Assembly (NCBI GenBank): GCA_965215565.1
Contig: CBDCDZ010000004.1
Span: 3,744,001 to 3,808,000 of the forward strand
From: Trueperaceae bacterium
Lineage (GTDB): Bacteria; Deinococcota; Deinococci; Deinococcales; Trueperaceae
Reading direction: 5' to 3'
DNA length: 64,000 nt
The position numbers and the translations under genes were made by a program. The first letter of the stretch is position 1. Every line of letters starts with the position of its first letter. The notes beneath the pieces were generated by a model. It was given only the letters and a program-made list of their open reading frames with translations. It was not told where the DNA came from and did not search any database. This document shows, one piece after another, positions 48,027 through 56,757 of this stretch.

Positions 48027-48646
48027 GGCGCTACATCCTGTCTGAGAGGTTTGAAGTTTGGCGGCAGCCCCGCGTTGTGCTCTCGACTAGAAGAGTGAAC
48101 ATGCGGCGTCCGTTGGACACGCCCCTAGTAGCGTCAGCATACTTTAGATTGACTTTTGACACGTTGCACGTAAAGTAACATGAGGCTCGCACAGTTAGTG
48201 TGAAAAGTTTCGTGCTTGCCCTCTTACGTGCCTTATCCGAGCAACGCGCTGAGCGGTATAGTGACGGGTAAGCGCTCCAAATAGGCGGGCGTGAGCGAGT
48301 TCATAGAGAAATGCGCAATGAAACGTAGAAACGTGGTATAAGCACCCTTCAAAGTACCACGCTTATTTTGGGGTGCACCCTGCTCTAGTAGGACAAAGCA
48401 AGAAACTTTCTTAACGTCTTGCGAAAAGAAAGCGAAGGGCTCGAATCTTTTTTAGGCTACCATGTTGTTGAGCATAGTTCTCCGAGAGTCTGCGTCTATA
48501 CGAGTTAAGAAGCAATGGGCTAGAGCTTGTGGGTAGAGAGAAACGCTCCCCATACTCCGAAAAACTCGTCATGATAAGTTGTGAACTCTGAATTCGGAGT
48601 CTGTGTGGAGGTGCGTCCTCGAGCCCCCACCCCGTATGATGGATTT

Positions 48647-49441
48647 ATGGAAATCTACACCGAAGCCAACCGCGCCAAGTGGAATAAGCAGGCGGATATC
48701 CACGCCAGAGTGACGCTCGAGGGTCTTTTAGAGCGGGTCAGTGCGCCGGACTTCAGCACCTTTGATGAGGTCGAGCGTGCTGTCTTTGAGAGGATAGGGC
48801 TGGAGGGCAAAGCGGTTGCCCAGCCGAGCTGCAACAACGGGCGTGAACTTATCTCGGTTAAAAAGGCGGGCGCGGGGCGCTGCGTCGGCTTCGACATCTC
48901 GGAGAAGTTCACCGAACAAGGTGAGCGGCTCGCCCAAGCGGGCGGCGTGGACATCGAATTCGTCAGGACGAGCGTCTACGATATCCCGCATGAGTACGAC
49001 GCTCAGTTTGACCTCGTCTACGTGACGATCGGCGCGCTCGGCTGGCTACCCGACATGGCGGCGTATTTCGAGGTGATCGCTCGGCTGCTCAAGCCCGGCG
49101 GAGACCTCTTTTTGTATGAGATGCACCCCATTTTGGACATGTTCGAACCCGAGAAGGGTTTAGAAGTCGTCACCTCGTACTTCACTACCGAGCCCGACGT
49201 CGCGGACGATGAGCCCGACTACTACGATCCGTCGCAGATCGTCGCCGGGACCTCTTACTGGTTTCACCACAAGCTCTCGGACATCATCGGGAACTGCTTG
49301 CGAAGCGGGCTCAACCTCACCTCGTTCGAGGAGTATCCGCACGACCTCTCGGAGGTGTATAGGTCCTTCGAGGCGTTCGGGGCGAAGCCGCCGCTGTCGT
49401 ACTCGCTCACGGCGCGAAAAGGGGCGCAGAAGAGGGTGTAG
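48647..49441 (+). CDS. class I SAM-dependent methyltransferase
   Basis: CNNGRE, VGFDISE, FDLVYVTIGALGWLPD, LLKPGG; TATGAT-N6-ATG. Confidence 0.9.
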   Translation: MEIYTEANRAKWNKQADIHARVTLEGLLERVSAPDFSTFDEVERAVFERIGLEGKAVAQPSCNNGRELISVKKAGAGRCVGFDISEKFTEQGERLAQAGGVDIEFVRTSVYDIPHEYDAQFDLVYVTIGALGWLPDMAAYFEVIARLLKPGGDLFLYEMHPILDMFEPEKGLEVVTSYFTTEPDVADDEPDYYDPSQIVAGTSYWFHHKLSDIIGNCLRSGLNLTSFEEYPHDLSEVYRSFEAFGAKPPLSYSLTARKGAQKRV

Positions 49442-49451
49442 AGGAGAGAGG

Positions 49452-51017
49452 TTAGCGGCGCAGGCGCTTCGTCACTTGCGCCATCTCCGGTAGACCCAAA
49501 TGGAGACTAAAGAGAACGTAGAACCCGCCTAAAACGCTCACACCGACGGTAGCGCGCAGAAGGTAGTCGAACCAGCCTGAGGGCGGCGGAAGTTGTCCGA
49601 GCGCGAGCAGCGTGAGCCCCGCCGCCCCGAGCGCCGCGAGCCAGACGCGGCGCGCGTGGCTCAAGAGGTTGAATAGAGAGAACCGCTCGCGCCGCCACAC
49701 GTAAAAGGTGAGCACCGCGAGTTGCGTCCACTCGACGAGCACGGTAGACCAGCTCAGCCCTACGATGCCGTAGCGCGGCGCGAGTAGCGTGTAGAGCAGC
49801 GCGTTGAGCGAGATGAAGAGGACGCTGATGACGATGGGCGTCACTATCTCGCGGCGCACGTAAAAGGTGCGAATCAAGAGGTTGCGTAAGCCGATAGGGA
49901 AGACTGCCAAGCCCAAAGGCGCGAGTGCGGTGACAGAAAGGCTGAGCACTTGCGGGTTCATCCCGGCACCCGGATGAAACGCGGAGAGCCAGTTGAGCAC
50001 GCTCTGAACCGCAGGCGCGGCGAGGAAGCAGAGAATGAGCCCGGCGGGGACGGTCAAAAAGGTGATGAGGCGCAAGCCCTCTAGGAGCGTCTCAGAAAAC
50101 CTCTCCGGCTCCTCTTTGGCGTTCGCGGAGAGCCTCGAGTAATACGCCAGCGCCGGCGAGATGCTAAAGAGCCCAAGCGCTAAGCCTAAAAAGAGGTTCG
50201 CGTTTTCGAACGCCGTCACGCTGCCCCGGGGCAAGCCGCTCAGCACGTTCGTCGCGACTACGTTAAGAAATTGCCGCGCCCCCGTCGTAAAGGTGAAAGG
50301 AACCATCAAAACGAGGACGCCGCCCAGCGCCGGATGCCACCAGCGCCCGATGCGGGGCAAGAGGTTGTGTCTGACGAGCGCCGGGATTTGGAAGAGCAGT
50401 TGCGCCAAGCCGCCTAAGACGAACGCCACCGCGAGCGGCACCGCTTGACCCGGATAGAGGAGCATCAGCGCCGCCGTGACCACGTTGAGCGCCACCGGAG
50501 CCCAGGCGGGCGCGAAGAAACGCTCCTCAGCTTGGAGAATCCCCATCGCCAGCGCGGAGAAAGAGATGGCCGCTAGAAAAGGAAAAACAGTGCGCGTGAG
50601 CTTGAGCGTGAGCGCGTAATCCACGTTCGCGTTGTCTTGGAGGAGCAGCCCGACGATCCAAGGCGCAGCCCAGACCGCGAGCAGCACGAGCAGCGTGTTG
50701 ACGAGAAAGAGCAGGCTGAGCAGCGCGCCCGAAAGCCCCTTCGCGTCCTCCTCTTCCAAACCCTTATAGACGGGCACGAACGAGTTCGTCAGCGCGCCCT
50801 CGGCGAGCAGTTCGCGAAAGAGGTTGGGGACTTTCAGGGCGACGTTTAGGGCGTCTGTGACGGCGGGCGCGTAAAGCTGGTTGAAGAGCGCGGTGCGTAA
50901 AAGCCCCGTGACGCGGCTGCCGAGCGTGCCGCCCATGAGGATCAGCGCGCCCCTCGAGGCGCTCTGACGCGGCTCAGGGGCTTTCGGTACAGGGTTGGGC
51001 GTGAGTTGGCTCGACAA
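49452..51017 (-). CDS. murJ: lipid II flippase
   Basis: SRVTGLLR, PNLFRELLAEGAL..SFVPVY, about 14 TM helices; AAGGAAGG RBS before TTG. Confidence 0.94.
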   Translation of the reverse strand: MSSQLTPNPVPKAPEPRQSASRGALILMGGTLGSRVTGLLRTALFNQLYAPAVTDALNVALKVPNLFRELLAEGALTNSFVPVYKGLEEEDAKGLSGALLSLLFLVNTLLVLLAVWAAPWIVGLLLQDNANVDYALTLKLTRTVFPFLAAISFSALAMGILQAEERFFAPAWAPVALNVVTAALMLLYPGQAVPLAVAFVLGGLAQLLFQIPALVRHNLLPRIGRWWHPALGGVLVLMVPFTFTTGARQFLNVVATNVLSGLPRGSVTAFENANLFLGLALGLFSISPALAYYSRLSANAKEEPERFSETLLEGLRLITFLTVPAGLILCFLAAPAVQSVLNWLSAFHPGAGMNPQVLSLSVTALAPLGLAVFPIGLRNLLIRTFYVRREIVTPIVISVLFISLNALLYTLLAPRYGIVGLSWSTVLVEWTQLAVLTFYVWRRERFSLFNLLSHARRVWLAALGAAGLTLLALGQLPPPSGWFDYLLRATVGVSVLGGFYVLFSLHLGLPEMAQVTKRLRR

Positions 51018-51029
51018 CGGACCTTCCTT

Positions 51030-51142
51030 TAGCAGGTATCATCTGGTTTGAGACGCTCTCACTTCAAGAAGCAGCGTCTAGCACGCACATTGTGAGATGA
51101 CACCTATAACATTTTGTCTCAGTATTAAGCGTGGAACTGCTA
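51030..51142. repeat. family B intergenic repeat (TA-flanked, opposite orientation)
   Basis: TAGCAGGTATCATCTGG...CGTGGAACTGCTA. Confidence 0.8.
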
Positions 51143-51456
51143 CTTAATGACCTTCGCAGCAGCTCGGGGCGCACGCATTGTATCAGGACTGTGTGATGTT
51201 GGCAGAAGCAAGTTGGATGTTCTGGGATGTGAATTTAGCGGTCCGAGCCGCTGAGTTCGCGCTCTCATTGAGACCTTCGTTGTAAAGCTTAGCCCCAAAT
51301 CTCACTGACGATTTCGGGGTCAGATGGCGTAATCGCTTATGAAAACAGTGTAAGCAACTTTTGAAACATCGTGCATGTTTTTAGTAACGCTAAGTCTAAG
51401 AACTCCAAATTTTGCTTTCTCGTTCTGACATATTTTAATTGAACGTCTATTTGTAC

Positions 51457-51485
51457 TTGACACTTTGTAATTTAATTCATATCCT
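51457..51485 (+). promoter_or_regulatory. sigma70 promoter of amtB-glnK
   Basis: TTGACA-N17-TATCCT; GGAGG RBS at 51522. Confidence 0.75.
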
Positions 51486-51531
51486 AAGTATCAGGCTGCT
51501 CGCTTGAAGCAGCATTCCCCCGGAGGTAAAT

Positions 51532-52839
51532 ATGAAAAAATCCTACGTTTTCCTAGCACTCTCTTTATGCCTGCTCTCAGGCGGCGCGTTCGCGCAAGAG
51601 GGGGGTGACGCGGCAGCGGCGGGTGAGGTGGCGTTTGCCTTAGAGACCATCGCCATCCTCTTCTTCGCGGTTTTAGTCGCCTTTATGCAGCCCGGCTTCG
51701 CCCTCTTAGAAGCGGGTCTCATCGGCGCAAAAAACGTCATCAACATTTTCATGAAGAACTTCGCTGACTTCGCCGTAGCGGGTTTAGCGTTCTGGGCGGT
51801 CGGCTTCGGGCTCATGTACCGGAGCGACGGACAGATTTTTTGGGGTCTAAACGGCTACGAAACGGGCATGAACGTGCCCGTCGCGGCTGACTTCATCTTC
51901 CAGATGGTCTTCGCGGCGACGGCGGCAACCATCGTCTCGGGCGCGATCGCCGGACGGATGAAGTTCCCGGCGTATCTCGTCTTTACTGTGGCAATGACGG
52001 CGCTCATCTACCCCTTCTTGGGGTACTGGCAGTGGGGCGGCGGTTGGCTCTCGCAGATGGGCTTCGCGGACTTCGCGGGTTCTTCTGTCGTGCACGCGGT
52101 GGGCGGCTTCGCGGCGCTCGGCGGGGTGCTCGCCATCGGTCCGCGCGTCGGGCGCTACGCGGGCGGCAAGGTCAACGCGATGCCGGGGCACAACATGGCT
52201 CTGGCGGGTCTGGGCGTCTTCCTCCTCTGGATCGGTTGGTTCGGTTTTAACCCCGGCTCGCAGCTCGCCTACAGCTCACAAGCGGACGCCGAAGCGATTG
52301 CGAACATCTTCCTCAACACGAACCTAGCGGCGGCTGCGGGCGCAGTAGCGGCGATGTTCACCTCTTGGGCGCTGTTCAAAAAGCCCGACTTCTCCATGAC
52401 CATCAACGGCGTGTTGGCGGGTTTGGTGGGCATCACGGCTGGACCCGATGTCATCACGGGTCTCGCGGCGGTGCTCGTCGGCGCAATCGCAGGCGTGATC
52501 GTCGTCTTCAGCGTGCTGATGTTTGACCGTATTCGTATAGACGACCCCGTCGGCGCGATTTCGGTGCACGGCGTCTGCGGCATCTGGGGCACGCTCGCGG
52601 TGGGTATCTTCGGTGGCGGCAACTTAGGCGTGCAGGCAATCGGCACGCTTTCTTACGCGGCGGCGGCGTTTATTGCAGGCTTCGTCATCTTCTACTTGCT
52701 CAAAGTGACCATCGGCATTCGCGTGTCGCCGCAAGAGGAGATCACCGGACTCGACCTCGTCGAGCACGGCACGGAGGCTTACGCAGGTAAGGACACCGTC
52801 GGTGATTCGGTGGTTGTCACAGCGGCAGCGGGCGACTGA
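51532..52839 (+). CDS. amtB: ammonium transporter
   Basis: MQPGFALLEAG, FQMVFA, DFAGSSVVH, WFGFNPGS, DDPVGAISVHG. Confidence 0.97.
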   Translation: MKKSYVFLALSLCLLSGGAFAQEGGDAAAAGEVAFALETIAILFFAVLVAFMQPGFALLEAGLIGAKNVINIFMKNFADFAVAGLAFWAVGFGLMYRSDGQIFWGLNGYETGMNVPVAADFIFQMVFAATAATIVSGAIAGRMKFPAYLVFTVAMTALIYPFLGYWQWGGGWLSQMGFADFAGSSVVHAVGGFAALGGVLAIGPRVGRYAGGKVNAMPGHNMALAGLGVFLLWIGWFGFNPGSQLAYSSQADAEAIANIFLNTNLAAAAGAVAAMFTSWALFKKPDFSMTINGVLAGLVGITAGPDVITGLAAVLVGAIAGVIVVFSVLMFDRIRIDDPVGAISVHGVCGIWGTLAVGIFGGGNLGVQAIGTLSYAAAAFIAGFVIFYLLKVTIGIRVSPQEEITGLDLVEHGTEAYAGKDTVGDSVVVTAAAGD

Positions 52840-52858
52840 GGAAGACGAAAGGGCATAC

Positions 52859-53239
52859 ATGAAACTCATCACTGCAGTTATTCGCCCGAACAAACTAGCC
52901 GAGGTCAAAGAGGCGCTCTTCAAGGCGGGCGTGCGGGGTATCACCATCTCGCGCGTCAGCGGTCATGGTGGACAGGGAGGCGTCGTGGAGCAGTACCGGG
53001 GGAGCCAGTACGTCGTCGAATTCCACGACAAGGTCAAGCTCGAGATCGCCGTCAGTGAACCCTTTATCGACACGACGATCGACGCCATCGTCAAAGCCGC
53101 CCGCTCTGGCGAGGTTGGCGACGGCAAGATCTTCGTGCAGCCTTTAGAGCAAGTTGTGCGCATCCGCACGAACGAACGCGACGACGAGGCGCTGACGCCT
53201 GTTCAAACTGAGGAAAAGAAGGCGAAAGCGAAGCGTTAA
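52859..53239 (+). CDS. glnK: P-II nitrogen regulator
   Basis: MKLITAVIRP, YRG T-loop, GEVGDGKIFV, RIRT; follows amtB. Confidence 0.93.
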   Translation: MKLITAVIRPNKLAEVKEALFKAGVRGITISRVSGHGGQGGVVEQYRGSQYVVEFHDKVKLEIAVSEPFIDTTIDAIVKAARSGEVGDGKIFVQPLEQVVRIRTNERDDEALTPVQTEEKKAKAKR

Positions 53240-53259
53240 AGTTTAGGATAAGTTCGAAG

Positions 53260-53287
53260 GGGCACCTCAGCGGTGCCCTCTTTTTTT
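53260..53287 (+). terminator. intrinsic terminator after glnK
   Basis: GGGCACC-TCAGC-GGTGCCC followed by TCTTTTTTT. Confidence 0.85.
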
Positions 53288-54758
53288 AGCATACCTTTTG
53301 AAAGAGTGCGCCAGAACGCGCCAGGAGGTCTACATCCAACGTTTCCTCCTGCACCGTAAAGGTCTCATTATTCAAGAGGTCTTGGTAGCTTCCGTCCGGC
53401 AACGCCAACTGCGTCACTTTCACGCCATTACCTACATTGAGAAATCCGACGAAAGTTTCACCCTCCAACCTCTTCGTATAGACGTAGAGGTCCTCTGAGA
53501 CGTGCAGGGTTTCAAATTCTCCGCGCCTTAAAGCTGGATGCTCGAGCCTCAATTTGATAAGACGTTTGGTATAGTCCAGCAGTTCCTCATTCCAAGATTC
53601 TTTATCTTCCCAGGGCATTCCCTGGCGGCACTCGGGGTCGTGCCCGCCTGTTAGCCCTAGCTCATCGCCGTAATACAAGCAGGGCGCACCGGGAAAGGTC
53701 ATCTGGAAGAGGAGCGCCGTGCGGTACGCCGCTTCGTCGCCGTTCACCACTGTGAGCGCCCTCGGCGTGTCGTGGCTGCCCAAGAGGTTGAGTTGCACCT
53801 CGGTGATTTCTGGGCGGTGAGCGTGTAGCAAAGTTTCGACGGCGGCAGCGAACGAGGTCGCGTCCAGCTTAGGGATATGCTGGTAGCCGCACCGCGCAAT
53901 CTCCTTTTCATTCAAAGAGCCGGCTGTAAAGCCGAACGCTGCTCGAGTAAAGGGATAGTTCATCACCGCGTCGAACTGGTCGCCCTTCAACCAGTGACTC
54001 GCGTCGTCCCAAATTTCGCCGACGATGTAGCACTCGGGGTTCACCTCGCGGCAGCGGCGGCGGAACTCCCGCCAGAAGGCGTCGTCGCCGATTTCATTGG
54101 GCACATCCAAACGCCAGCCGTCGACGCCGAACTCGAGCCAATACGTCCCTACGTCCCACAAAAAGTCGCGCACCGCAGGGGTGTCGGTGTTGAATTTAGG
54201 CAGGGCGGGCAGCCCCCACCAGGCGTCGTAGCCGAGCCTGTCGCCGTCTTCGCCGCTATACGCCTTGAGGGGCAATTCGCGGATGTTGAACCAATCCAAG
54301 TACGCGCTGTGCGGACCGTTCTCCAAGATGTCGTTAAACTGAAAAAAGCCGCGGCTGGCGTGATTGAAGACCCCGTCCAACACAATCTTCAGCCCGCGCT
54401 CGTGACACGCATCGACGAGTTCTCGTAGCGCAGCGTTACCGCCCAACATCGGGTCAACTTGATAATAATCGTGCGTGTGGTAGCGGTGGTTCGAGGCGGA
54501 CTGGAAAACGGGGTTGAAGTAGAGCGCAGTGATGCCCAAGTCCTGCAAGTAGTCGAGGTGCTCCACCACACCCAAGAGGTCACCGCCCTTGTAGCCGTAG
54601 ACGGTGGGGGGACCCTCCCAGGTTTCTAAATTGCTCGCTTTGCGTACACGCTCGCTCTTGGCGAAGCGGTCAGGGAAAATCTGGTAGAAGACGGCGTCGC
54701 GGACCCATTCGGGGGTGGTGGTGTCGGGTAGATTGTCGGCGGAAGAGGTAGAAGACAT
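53286..54758 (-). CDS. GH13 glycoside hydrolase (neopullulanase/cyclomaltodextrinase-like)
   Basis: YQIFPDRF, DGVFNH, GWRLDV, GEIW, LGSHD, YYGDE. Confidence 0.94.
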   Translation of the reverse strand: MSSTSSADNLPDTTTPEWVRDAVFYQIFPDRFAKSERVRKASNLETWEGPPTVYGYKGGDLLGVVEHLDYLQDLGITALYFNPVFQSASNHRYHTHDYYQVDPMLGGNAALRELVDACHERGLKIVLDGVFNHASRGFFQFNDILENGPHSAYLDWFNIRELPLKAYSGEDGDRLGYDAWWGLPALPKFNTDTPAVRDFLWDVGTYWLEFGVDGWRLDVPNEIGDDAFWREFRRRCREVNPECYIVGEIWDDASHWLKGDQFDAVMNYPFTRAAFGFTAGSLNEKEIARCGYQHIPKLDATSFAAAVETLLHAHRPEITEVQLNLLGSHDTPRALTVVNGDEAAYRTALLFQMTFPGAPCLYYGDELGLTGGHDPECRQGMPWEDKESWNEELLDYTKRLIKLRLEHPALRRGEFETLHVSEDLYVYTKRLEGETFVGFLNVGNGVKVTQLALPDGSYQDLLNNETFTVQEETLDVDLLARSGALFQKVC

Positions 54759-54854
54759 GCCCACCATCTTAAAATGAGGTGAGCCGCGCGAATTGTGCAG
54801 GTAACTTCTTCTTACGGTGAGGTGCGGAAGAGGTTTTGGCTGTAAAGTGTACGC

Positions 54855-55040
54855 ATGGCACATCGTAAAGGTCCGAAACCCGTCAAGTATGGAGAAGAGG
54901 TCTCGCTCGAGACCTCTTCTCCCGAATATGGTCCCACGTCACCTCTTGTCACCGAGGATAAAGACGTGCTTTCGGGCAACTGGACTTGGGTCGCGGACGA
55001 AGACGGTCAGTTGCACTTCAGTGCTCAAGGTGAGCCCTAA
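54855..55040 (+). CDS. small hypothetical protein (61 aa)
   Basis: fills the gap between two genes; TAAAGT-N6-ATG leaderless signature. Confidence 0.55.
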   Translation: MAHRKGPKPVKYGEEVSLETSSPEYGPTSPLVTEDKDVLSGNWTWVADEDGQLHFSAQGEP

Positions 55041-56344
55041 CCCGCCGGGATCACCAATACCATTCCCGGAATAAGCGCATCGGGGTCGTCTAACACATAA
55101 CTGTTCGCGTCCACGATGTCCGTCCAGCGGCTCCCGCTCTGATAGAAAAGGTCGGCGATGCCGGAGAGAAAATCGCCGGAGCGCACGGTGTAAGTTGCCT
55201 GTGCGCCGCTCAAGCGGGCGACGGCGCGTTGCGCGTCCAAGAGGCGTTGCTGCGCCGCCTCGACTTCGCTGCGCCGCGCCTCATCCACGAGGCTTAGGTT
55301 CGGCGTTTCTTGCCGCATGGTGACGTACATCTCAGCCGCCTCGGACGCGCTCGCTCGCGCCTGTTCTAACTGGTCCGCTTGCGGCGCTAAGCTCTCCTCT
55401 AAGCTCTGCTCTTGATTCAGGGCCGCGTTGAGCCGACTTAGAAGCTGGTCGCGCTCATTTTGCGCGCTCTCTAGCTGCTGGCTGAGCTGCTCGCTGCCAC
55501 TCGTCGCTTCGCTGAGCTGCTCGGAGAGATCAGCTTGTTCGGCTTGTACGCTCTCGAGCTGGCTTTGAAGCGCCTCCCTCTCTGCCTGTGACGTTTGACC
55601 CTCTTCGGTGAGCGCTGCTAGTTGCTCCTCCAATGAAGAGACCTGGCTCTGCGCCTCTTCCAACGTGCTGCTCAGCTCTTGATTCTGCGTCTGCGCCGCT
55701 TCTAAATCTTGGGCAAGCTGTTCATTCTCCGCGCCGAGGTTGCTGCGCTGCTGCTCGAGGGTCTGCTGTTCGCCCTGGGCTTGCTCCAGTTGCGCCCGCA
55801 CCTCTTCCAGAGTGCTATTAAGCTCTTGGTTCTGCGCCTGCGCGCTCTCTAGCTGCTGGGTCAGCGTATCGCGTTCGGTACCCAAGGCGTCGGAGCGCTG
55901 CGTCTGCGTCCCGAGGTTTTCGCGCAGCTCGTCACGCTCCGCTTGCAGACTGCTCACCTCTTGCCCGAGCGACTGCAGTTCGACTTGGGCCGCGACGAAC
56001 GCCTCTTGGAAGTTGCTGAGCCGCGCCGCTAAAGCCTGATTCTCTTCGCGTAAAGACGCTTCCAGGGACGACTGCGCCGCCTGCGCCTCACCTGACGGTG
56101 CGTCCTCTTGCTGCGTTCCTTGCGCCTCTTGCGCTTCTTGTCCCTCTTGCAAGGCGGCGAGCTGCGCCTGCACATCTTCGCGCAGCGCAGTGACGTCGTC
56201 ACGCAGGGCGTTACTGACCTCGAGCCCGGCGAGCGCTTCTTGTAACTGGGTGAGAAGGTCCTCTACCTGCGTGCTACCGCTCTGCGAAGCACCTGTAGAC
56301 GAGAGAGTGAGGACGCAGATAAGGGCTAAGACAGACTTCTTCAA
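55037..56344 (-). CDS. secreted coiled-coil protein with C-terminal LysM domain
   Basis: GGAGG RBS plus TTG, signal peptide, Q/E-rich heptads, YTVRSGDFLSGIA..IPGMVLVIP. Confidence 0.9.
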   Translation of the reverse strand: MKKSVLALICVLTLSSTGASQSGSTQVEDLLTQLQEALAGLEVSNALRDDVTALREDVQAQLAALQEGQEAQEAQGTQQEDAPSGEAQAAQSSLEASLREENQALAARLSNFQEAFVAAQVELQSLGQEVSSLQAERDELRENLGTQTQRSDALGTERDTLTQQLESAQAQNQELNSTLEEVRAQLEQAQGEQQTLEQQRSNLGAENEQLAQDLEAAQTQNQELSSTLEEAQSQVSSLEEQLAALTEEGQTSQAEREALQSQLESVQAEQADLSEQLSEATSGSEQLSQQLESAQNERDQLLSRLNAALNQEQSLEESLAPQADQLEQARASASEAAEMYVTMRQETPNLSLVDEARRSEVEAAQQRLLDAQRAVARLSGAQATYTVRSGDFLSGIADLFYQSGSRWTDIVDANSYVLDDPDALIPGMVLVIPAG

Positions 56345-56757
56345 GACGTAACCTCCGAGGTTTTGGAAGATTTTGGAGCCAGCGCCAAAGGGCTGGGCTC
56401 GAGGAAGGGTTGGACCTCCATTGTACCGAGTTTAAGAGGGCAACGCCATCACAGTTTCAGCGCGCGTTTATAAAGGCGTTAAAGCTCCAGTCGCTCTCAT
56501 GAGCGTCCGATGTGTTCGCGTGAAGAAAAACTCGTGAAGGTGTTCTTTTGCAGTTCATTAAAGCTCTTCCAGACGTTCCTCGCTCTCTCAGCCTGACCTC
56601 ACAAACCGGTTCATTAAGCGTTGAGGTTGGCTTAATGTGTGACTTTGCGTACTATTCTTTAGGGGTCGGCGCTTGCTAAGGTGCGCGCATCCACCTCACT
56701 GTGCAATGCGTTACTTCCTCTTTGTGGATCAATCTACACCGCGTTTGGGAGAGCACT

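Noticed and set aside
39446..48646. Integrase or duplicated tRNA 3' end (att site)
   Set aside because: No recombinase ORF and no second copy of the tRNA end found by eye.
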